The notes under the pieces were generated by a model. The model was not told where the DNA came from. It searched no databases and was given only the letters and a program-made list of their open reading frames with translations. Of a DNA stretch of 28,412 bases, positions 21,708 to 28,412 are shown one piece after another. The translations under genes were made by a program, and so were the position numbers. The stretch comes from a virus (Duplodnaviria; Caudoviricetes): IMG/VR virus record IMGVR_UViG_3300023100_000007, positions 1 to 28,412 of that record; one strand, given 5' to 3'. Position 1 is the stretch's first letter. The number at the start of each line of letters is the position of its first letter.

Positions 21708-24700
21708 TACAGTAGCACCCCAAGCTCAACAGCGGGATTTCCATTCGGGTAGTAAATATAGACGCCTTGGTTTGTTACATTCAATCTATAGCCTCCCGCG
21801 ATTGAACCGTTGAATTCAAATCCGCCGCCAGCGGCCTTGTTGATCCTCCAACCAGTCTGCCCTGAAACGTAGTCATCAGATTGGATTGTACCGCTGATCT
21901 TGGCGTTGGTAATGGCTGCATTCTGGATCATAGCGTTAGTGATCCAGCTATCTCCAATCAACGCCTGACTAATGAAGGTCTGCCCACCCTGAATCACAAA
22001 CGGGCTAGTTACATTGCCGTTGACCAAGTTGATTACAGCGAATCGGTCGGCCTGCATGAGAATCTGCGACTGGAAACTGCCATCCGGCTGATTCTCAATT
22101 CCAACGCCCATGCCAGCGGCGTAATACTGGCCGTTAGCAGCGATCTGTAGCTTGAGCGTCCACGATGCACTGATCTGGCCGTCAAGGTCAACTAGGGCCT
22201 GAGAAGTCTCTTGAACCGTAGCCGATACGTCGCCAACCTCAGCTTGTACAGTTTCAACGCGCCTACTGAGAGCGTAGTCCTGAGTGGCAATAACCGTCTG
22301 AATGGTCGTTGTACCAGCGAATACGTCATTGTCGGCGGTGTAGGTGTCCTCATCGGCAGTGAAGTCCGTGTCGATGGAGGCGAACAGGCCATCAACCTTT
22401 TGTCCCTGAGCTACAACCTGGCCCTCGATTTCAGTTACGTCTAGTTCAAGCTGATCCACGCGCCCAACAATAGCCCCTGCCTGTGCGATAGCCTCGCCAA
22501 CGTCCTGCCAGTCAACGCTAGGCGGCTCATTGTTGCCGGGGGTGGTGTTGGTCCAGCTATAGATGCGTCCGTTGTATACGACCGTCTGGCCTTCCTCATA
22601 AGTGGCGTTAGCATCCCAAATCAATGGAACAATCTGGCTGATGCTATCGATTTTAGAAAGAAGGTCTTGGCCTAGAGCGCTCTCAGTAATGCGACCGGAG
22701 AAGTATTCATCGTACTCAGTCTGATCAATGCTCGATTCGCCCATGACGCCAGCCTGCGACGTACTGGGGAGCCACGGTCCGATGTTCCCGCTGCGGTCAA
22801 CCAGTCGGCCCCAAAAATAGAATCGTGCGCCAGCAGCAAGCCCGTTGATCTGATGCCGGTTTTGAGGATATGAGAAATCTCCAAGCTTGATAGCCGATGC
22901 GAAGTCCGGACCAGTAGAATACCAAATCTCAGTCCGCTCAGTGTCCGTTGCTCCTTGCGGGAATCCCCACTGAAGGCCGATAGCGAACACAATGCTAGTG
23001 GTGGTCAGCGACGTAAGCGCAGGCGGAGGAGTAGTCTTTCCATCGATCTGAGTGAGAGCGCTAGTAGTCGGAATGGACATTGCGCCAAGCGCGTTGATTG
23101 CCCGAATGCGAGCAAGGTAGCGACCGGTGTAAATTCCGCGAACGTCAACGCTGGTTGTGCTTACATTTGGGATCTTCACCCAATCCATATCATCACGTCG
23201 CCACTCGACGTTGTACTCAATGGCGTTAGGCGGCGCTTCCCACGAAATGGTTAGGTCCGTGCGCGCATTGGCCTGATCGATAACGGAGAACGACGACAAA
23301 GTTACGTTAGTGGGCGGCGCCTGAACGCTTGGCGGGATGACGCTGATTGGTGGCGCTTCTAGCCTAGTGCCATCATCGATATATGCGAACTTATCCGCGC
23401 GGTAAGACAGCCCGGTGATACTAAAAGTGTTATCGCCATTATCTACAACAGCGATGCAACGGAACGTTTCGGCTACAAGGGTAGACTTTTCAAGAATGAA
23501 AACACCCTGATCTGCTGGCGGCGAGGACCAGTCAACAGTTACATTGACTTTTCTACCTGCAACGGACCGAACAGTTCGCGCTTCAATCCTCCCAGTAGAG
23601 AGCATGACCTTAATGGTATCGCCAGGTCCAATCTCATCAGGCATCTTGTCAACGGTAACGCTGTCATCCGTATATGCGCTGATGCGCCCGCCCATGCGCC
23701 GCCCAGCTCGATAGGCATTGGATACGTTGAAGATATCCCCAGGAGATACCAGGACGCCCGCCAGTCCAACTTTAAAGTTGACCGTCTCTGTTTCCAAATT
23801 CTCAGAAACAAGAATGTGATTTCCGATGCGTTGAGCCTGCCCACGAGACGTGCAGCCAATTGCCGTGACTTCAGTCTCTTGGATTCCATAGCGAATTAGG
23901 CCGGGACGAAATTCAACGCGCTCAACCTTCTGACGCCCGAAATCAGTCTGATCCGACCATGACACAAGGGCCACGGTATGGCGAACCTTGCGCCCTGAAC
24001 CAACATAGTCAAACTTCCCATCAACAACGTCAGCGTTAGTGAAGCCTACGGCAACCTGTTTTGGCATATCCGCAGAGGCAATCATCTGACCTACTGCGTA
24101 GTAGCTAACGCCACGGAACACCGATGCCAAGTCCTGAAGAACTTTGAAGGCATCGGTTCGGGTCTGCATGTACACGTTACAAGTAAAGCGAGGCTCCATT
24201 CCGCCAAAGCCATCCGATACCAACTCATCGCAATACTGTGCGATCTGATACAGATTCCACGAGTCTACCCAAGCCTGAGGGATATGGTTGCCAAGTCCAA
24301 AACGGTCATTGGTTACAATATCGTAGAAAATCCACGCAGGGTTGTTAGTCCATGCAGATTTAAATGTGCCATTCCAGATACCGTTGGTAGTGCCTTGACC
24401 TGTAGTCGCATAGGTTCGTGCAATAGGGTCATAGTTAGCAGGAACGCGAATGATCCGACCATATACGTTATAAGCACGAGGCGGAATATTCTGGAAGCTG
24501 CGCGCATCGAATGAAATACCAACTAGCGCGCTGTTGGGATAGCGAAGCTTCGCGTCGATAATCTCCGTAATAGACAAGACGCGAGTAGTGTCAGCAATGG
24601 TTGCTGAGTTCGCATTTGGCGTAAGGCGACGGATACGCACCTGCCACTGATTGCCTGCTGGGAGGTCAATGCGGTGGCTGCGCTCATACTGCGTCGTCGT

Positions 24701-25213
24701 CTTGCCAGTGAAAGCACTATTCAATACGGTGGTGTATGCTCCGCCATCGGTAGAAATGTCAATCGCATATGAAATACTGTACCCGACAGTATCGCCATTG
24801 CTAAGGTCGGTCTTTTGCAGGCCAGGAACAGCCAAGCGAACGCGGATTGCCGAAAGGTCAGAGCCGGAAACAGAGCGAACCACGGGTGCGTTAGAGGTAA
24901 GCTCAACGTCCACCCCGATTTCATTCTCAACACTTGGGAAGCCAGGAATGTGAGTCTGATCCTGCGTCCCGCTGCGCGTCTCTACGGATACATTCTGGAA
25001 GTTGAAAGAGCCATCAGCACTCTGCAATGGAGTGCCATTTAGGTAGATAGACCGATATCCATCAACAAGCCCGCGAATCTCGCCTTCACCAATAAGATCA
25101 ATGATCTTGGCATAAGAAATTGATCGAAGGCTGTCAGGGGACTCAACCGGAGTCCGTGGCTTCTCAGAACCGCCGCCACCTGCGCCTACAATTTCAATCT
25201 TATGGTTATTCAT
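21707..25213 (-). CDS. J: tail tip / host specificity protein J (central tail fiber)
   Basis: GAGGG..PRTPVESPDSL, DLIGEGEI.GL, WTNNPAWI, FN3 repeats, C-terminal coiled coil and ADRFAV; start refined to 25213. Confidence 0.95.
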   Translation of the reverse strand: MNNHKIEIVGAGGGGSEKPRTPVESPDSLRSISYAKIIDLIGEGEIRGLVDGYRSIYLNGTPLQSADGSFNFQNVSVETRSGTQDQTHIPGFPSVENEIGVDVELTSNAPVVRSVSGSDLSAIRVRLAVPGLQKTDLSNGDTVGYSISYAIDISTDGGAYTTVLNSAFTGKTTTQYERSHRIDLPAGNQWQVRIRRLTPNANSATIADTTRVLSITEIIDAKLRYPNSALVGISFDARSFQNIPPRAYNVYGRIIRVPANYDPIARTYATTGQGTTNGIWNGTFKSAWTNNPAWIFYDIVTNDRFGLGNHIPQAWVDSWNLYQIAQYCDELVSDGFGGMEPRFTCNVYMQTRTDAFKVLQDLASVFRGVSYYAVGQMIASADMPKQVAVGFTNADVVDGKFDYVGSGRKVRHTVALVSWSDQTDFGRQKVERVEFRPGLIRYGIQETEVTAIGCTSRGQAQRIGNHILVSENLETETVNFKVGLAGVLVSPGDIFNVSNAYRAGRRMGGRISAYTDDSVTVDKMPDEIGPGDTIKVMLSTGRIEARTVRSVAGRKVNVTVDWSSPPADQGVFILEKSTLVAETFRCIAVVDNGDNTFSITGLSYRADKFAYIDDGTRLEAPPISVIPPSVQAPPTNVTLSSFSVIDQANARTDLTISWEAPPNAIEYNVEWRRDDMDWVKIPNVSTTSVDVRGIYTGRYLARIRAINALGAMSIPTTSALTQIDGKTTPPPALTSLTTTSIVFAIGLQWGFPQGATDTERTEIWYSTGPDFASAIKLGDFSYPQNRHQINGLAAGARFYFWGRLVDRSGNIGPWLPSTSQAGVMGESSIDQTEYDEYFSGRITESALGQDLLSKIDSISQIVPLIWDANATYEEGQTVVYNGRIYSWTNTTPGNNEPPSVDWQDVGEAIAQAGAIVGRVDQLELDVTEIEGQVVAQGQKVDGLFASIDTDFTADEDTYTADNDVFAGTTTIQTVIATQDYALSRRVETVQAEVGDVSATVQETSQALVDLDGQISASWTLKLQIAANGQYYAAGMGVGIENQPDGSFQSQILMQADRFAVINLVNGNVTSPFVIQGGQTFISQALIGDSWITNAMIQNAAITNAKISGTIQSDDYVSGQTGWRINKAAGGGFEFNGSIAGGYRLNVTNQGVYIYYPNGNPAVELGVLL

Positions 25214-25217
25214 GGGT

Positions 25218-25808
25218 TCAATTGATGAATGCATTTGTTGCCAAGTCCTCGGCGTAAATCCCACCACTAATAAGGGCAGACCCTGCAATCAAAGGCCCTC
25301 CATATAGGAGAGGTACGGGATTACCTTCAGCCTGAGTATTAACAGCTCCATTCATGCTGTAACTTGGCTGATTTTCAGGGCTATCCTTCGCCCCTAAGCC
25401 GCGCGGCTGCGGCGAAAGCATCTGCACCACGCCACCAAGCGCCATGGCGATACCAGGCTGTAAAAGATATGGGGCGGTTACCGGAAAGAAGTATGAAATT
25501 GCGATAAGAACAACGCCAACAATTGTCTGAAGAACACCGCCACGTTTGCTACCTTCGATGATAGGGGCAATCCTGATTTCATCATCGCCAGCCGGATCTT
25601 CAATTCCATTCTCAGCGATATTTCTTTTGCCGATGAAGATAGCAAACGTAAGACCAGCGGCCTTAGACTCTGCAAGGTACTTCTTAAAACCTGGAACCTG
25701 CACGCATAGCGCTCGAATGGCCTCAGCAGGCGAAGACACGCAAAGCTCATACTCTCGACCGAATCTACGTCGCATGGGTCCGTATAGCTTTACAGTTCTA
25801 AGCTTCAC
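25218..25808 (-). CDS. I: tail assembly protein I
   Basis: TVKLYG...FGR...SPAEAIRALC.Q.PGF...GNPVPLLYG. Confidence 0.93.
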   Translation of the reverse strand: MKLRTVKLYGPMRRRFGREYELCVSSPAEAIRALCVQVPGFKKYLAESKAAGLTFAIFIGKRNIAENGIEDPAGDDEIRIAPIIEGSKRGGVLQTIVGVVLIAISYFFPVTAPYLLQPGIAMALGGVVQMLSPQPRGLGAKDSPENQPSYSMNGAVNTQAEGNPVPLLYGGPLIAGSALISGGIYAEDLATNAFIN

Positions 25809-26539
25809 GCTGGCATATCCTTGTGTCTAACAATGTAACAGGTCCGCTCCGCCCACATGCCGCCATATGGCTCTCGGCAAGAAAGCCGCCCATACAAGTG
25901 ATGGAGCATCTGACCATTCCCCAAATATACAGCGGCGTGATTAGGAACTTTTGAAGCCCGATTCATCAGGATTATATCACCGCGCTTAGGCTCATCCTTG
26001 ATCTGGAAGAAGCCCTCAGCGTTCAAGCGCTCAATGCTATAAAGCTCCTGACCCTTACTCCACCAATCATCCTCACGCTCATAGTTAGCCACCTTGATTC
26101 CATACTCTCGATCAAGGAAGTCTTTGAACAAGGTGAAGCAATCAAGGATTCCATGGGCGAATTGACGGCCCTCAAGCGGAGCTTTGTAACCGCATGGTTG
26201 GCAATATCCCTGCTGCCCGAACTCTGGCTTTCCGTCAACCATCCCTATACTGAGAATGTGCCACGGCAACTCAGATAGCTCGCATTGCACCCGGTCTGCA
26301 TCAGATGGGCGTCCAGCAGCGTTAGGGTGGCTGTGAACTACGGATTGAACCTCACCAAGATCCTCAGCGTCTGCGAAGTCCTCGCCGTTCAGCCGGAAAT
26401 GCTCTGCTGGCTTATCGTGAGAATTTTTGCATGGCACATAGATCTCACCATCAGCCGTCATAACAACAAGGCCACATGACTCATTCGGATAGCATTCCGC
26501 TGCGTGATCCTGAGCGGCCTTTAGTGTTGCCAGTTTCAC
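25805..26539 (-). CDS. K: tail tip assembly protein K (JAB/MPN + NlpC/P60)
   Basis: YPNESCG, VHSHP....PSDAD, DCF, NHAAVYLG...LHH. Confidence 0.94.
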   Translation of the reverse strand: MKLATLKAAQDHAAECYPNESCGLVVMTADGEIYVPCKNSHDKPAEHFRLNGEDFADAEDLGEVQSVVHSHPNAAGRPSDADRVQCELSELPWHILSIGMVDGKPEFGQQGYCQPCGYKAPLEGRQFAHGILDCFTLFKDFLDREYGIKVANYEREDDWWSKGQELYSIERLNAEGFFQIKDEPKRGDIILMNRASKVPNHAAVYLGNGQMLHHLYGRLSCREPYGGMWAERTCYIVRHKDMPA

Positions 26540-26540
26540 G

Positions 26541-27236
26541 TTAACTCCTGATTAGACTTGCTGCCGGATAAGATCCGTAAGGAATAGGCTCATTCTGACC
26601 CCATCGCATCTTGCAACTTCTAACTCGGCCACCGCAAACATCGCGGCTCGGATCATCAGTAGGCTGGTCGTTAATGTCAGCAACCGCAGGGCCATTGTAC
26701 CCGCAGTATGGTCCTCGATAGCCACCGCGCAGAATCCATGTGCATGCATTTGCAATAATCTGCCTGCCGGGTAGGCTTGCACCATTTAGATCAGCGGCAG
26801 TAGCTAGTTCAAACTGCACGACCTCATTGTTTTCCCCGGACTTTCGTTCGATATACCAAATTTCATCAGGGAAATGCTCATCGGGATCAGCGGTTGGATT
26901 TCCATCTTGGAAGTTTTCAGCATCAAGATACTGCTTGAGAGTCTGCCGACGAATTACCCGTGAGCCTACAAGATCATCAAACATCAAGCAGAGCGCGGTG
27001 ATTGTTCCTTCAACATTGCCAACACTGAGAGTAGGAGACGGCGACTGCGAGGTGTTGCGCTCAAACCCCTCGCATTCAATTGGCCATGGATCGTATCGCT
27101 GACCCTGCCAAAAGATAGGTCCACTCTGTAGATGTGCATGAAAGAACAACTGATCCGCACCAATGCTTGATGCATCAAGCTCAAATAGGGCGATACGCGA
27201 ACCAGGCTCTAGAGATTGAATATCAGAAGTTATCAT
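26541..27236 (-). CDS. L: minor tail protein L
   Basis: IQSLEPG..LFELD...YLDAENF.DGNPTADP...Cys ligands (CTW..YRG..CGY..DVC...SC); start refined to 27236. Confidence 0.94.
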   Translation of the reverse strand: MITSDIQSLEPGSRIALFELDASSIGADQLFFHAHLQSGPIFWQGQRYDPWPIECEGFERNTSQSPSPTLSVGNVEGTITALCLMFDDLVGSRVIRRQTLKQYLDAENFQDGNPTADPDEHFPDEIWYIERKSGENNEVVQFELATAADLNGASLPGRQIIANACTWILRGGYRGPYCGYNGPAVADINDQPTDDPSRDVCGGRVRSCKMRWGQNEPIPYGSYPAASLIRS

Positions 27237-28123
27237 GAAGAAAGCTCGCAATCAGCAAAGAAAACTGCACCTCGGATTACATAGCTAAACCCCTGTGTAA
27301 CGCTTCCAGTGAATCCAGTAGGATCAATTCTAAAGCCTCTGTTGCTAATATTGCCTGTTACTATTGTCGTAATAGTTCCACTGGCCCCATTACCAACCCA
27401 TGAACCATTTGCGATAGTAATAAGGCTGGGAATTGCGCGCTTTACAGAATTGAATTGAACATACCCAGTTATATTGCTTGCCGAAAATGCACACGCAACA
27501 AACTCCCTATCAGTAACTATTTCTCCATACCATTGGCATAGAGAAAGTTCCTGAGATTGGAATCTCACATCATATGCTGTAGCAGCAGGGCCTCGCTCAA
27601 GCTGCGGCCTGCTGTAGTTAACTCCGCTTGCTGTAAGACGAACAAGCATGTTGCCGCTGCCAGATGGAGTTACTGTGACCGACATTCTTCCTACGCCAGC
27701 AGGAATTACGCCAGTGGCGCCGCCGATACTTACAGAAATAGGACCAGTCGGGCTATCTACACTTAAGGTAACAGGAGCACCCCAAGCCAATAGCGGAGAC
27801 TCCACAATCTGTTCAATAGAGCCGCTGTTATGGCTAAACAGTCCGTTAGAGGGATTGATTGATATATTGCATCCGCTTGAGCCTGCTCGCCAACGATCAT
27901 AGCCATATACTCCAGCCGCCAATGCTCCACCAGCAAAACCACGTTGATTAATCGGGATGCCGCAATTGATAAGCATGTTTTTACCGGAAATAAATCCTGA
28001 CATTCCAGTAGAGGCATAAATCTCAGCGGTCATGTCATTGACCTTTTCCCACGCTGCCTTAGTAGGCTCACCCATCTTCCCGTTGGGCTGCGGAGTGGTT
28101 AGGTCGATTTCTTGGCGTGCCAT
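27233..28123 (-). CDS. tail fiber-like protein
   Basis: MARQEID..GEP...AWEKVN N-terminus; KNMLINC..PINQRG...YGYDRW...QLERG..AT.Y...EL.LCQ.Y. Confidence 0.8.
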   Translation of the reverse strand: MARQEIDLTTPQPNGKMGEPTKAAWEKVNDMTAEIYASTGMSGFISGKNMLINCGIPINQRGFAGGALAAGVYGYDRWRAGSSGCNISINPSNGLFSHNSGSIEQIVESPLLAWGAPVTLSVDSPTGPISVSIGGATGVIPAGVGRMSVTVTPSGSGNMLVRLTASGVNYSRPQLERGPAATAYDVRFQSQELSLCQWYGEIVTDREFVACAFSASNITGYVQFNSVKRAIPSLITIANGSWVGNGASGTITTIVTGNISNRGFRIDPTGFTGSVTQGFSYVIRGAVFFADCELSS

Positions 28124-28147
28124 TTTATTTCCTATTGTTCTTTTATG

Positions 28148-28412
28148 CTAAGCGGCAAGGTTTGGGAGAGCTTTAAATACTGCCTGTGTATCAACAAACG
28201 ACCAAACAACTGTCCCATCTGTTATAGATGCTCCCGTTCCGGTCGGACCTCCTGACGTTGCAGAGGTTCCAGCAGTTGTAACTACATAAACGTTGCCGCC
28301 GTTAGCAGCCCATGCATGCAGCGCATATGCGGTAGATGCAATCCACGCGGAAGCGCCAGAAGCACCGCCTACCGTCAAAACCGATCCTGGAGATCCTCCA
28401 GCGACTGGCGCT
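28148..28412 (-). CDS. C-terminus of a tail fiber/structural protein with a carbohydrate-binding-like module (partial)
   Basis: W.ASTAY......NGGNVY..TTAGTS..GPTG...DGTVVW motif; frame open to the window edge. Confidence 0.65.
   Translation of the reverse strand, partial: APVAGGSPGSVLTVGGASGASAWIASTAYALHAWAANGGNVYVVTTAGTSATSGGPTGTGASITDGTVVWSFVDTQAVFKALPNLAA

Noticed and set aside
1-28412. CRISPR array, IS element, integrase/att site, or DGR
   Set aside because: No regularly spaced repeats, transposase, integrase or reverse transcriptase motifs were seen.

Overview
About 28 kb of a lambda-like siphovirus (tailed dsDNA phage) genome. A Xanthomonadaceae-type host (Xanthomonas/Stenotrophomonas) is my inference from gene content, not proven. 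Leftward from a divergent control region at ~15.45 kb: small early genes (HNH endonuclease, TraR/DksA-like), a ~400-nt structured non-coding leader with an antisense partner, a truncated replication initiator and helicase-loader-like gene, nin-region genes (NinB, Ref-like, RusA-like, two Rmf-like, DUF6378, DUF551, XRE-HTH, MazG-like), a dense RNA cluster, then the lysis cassette (GH19 endolysin, several membrane proteins, nested Rz/Rz1 spanins). The RNA cluster holds tRNA-Ser with an 8/4 fold, tRNA-Trp, tRNA-Gly, two aberrant tRNA-like RNAs, other structured RNAs and a self-contained ~113-nt sRNA with anti-Shine-Dalgarno loops. Rightward: a CCA-ending tRNA-like pseudoknot RNA, RecT/YqaJ/SSB, accessory genes, a tandem winged-HTH protein with a SutA-like tail, and a short lipoprotein. 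The convergent tail-tip module (fiber, L, K, I, J and two accessory proteins) fills 20.6-28.4 kb. The most striking hidden structure is a promoter signature, GTTCYA (often doubled at a 21-22 bp period) followed 31-33 bp later by a -10 box, at 7-8 operon starts. No integrase or CI-like repressor is seen in this window. All calls come from reading the sequence by eye; no database searches or folding programs were run.
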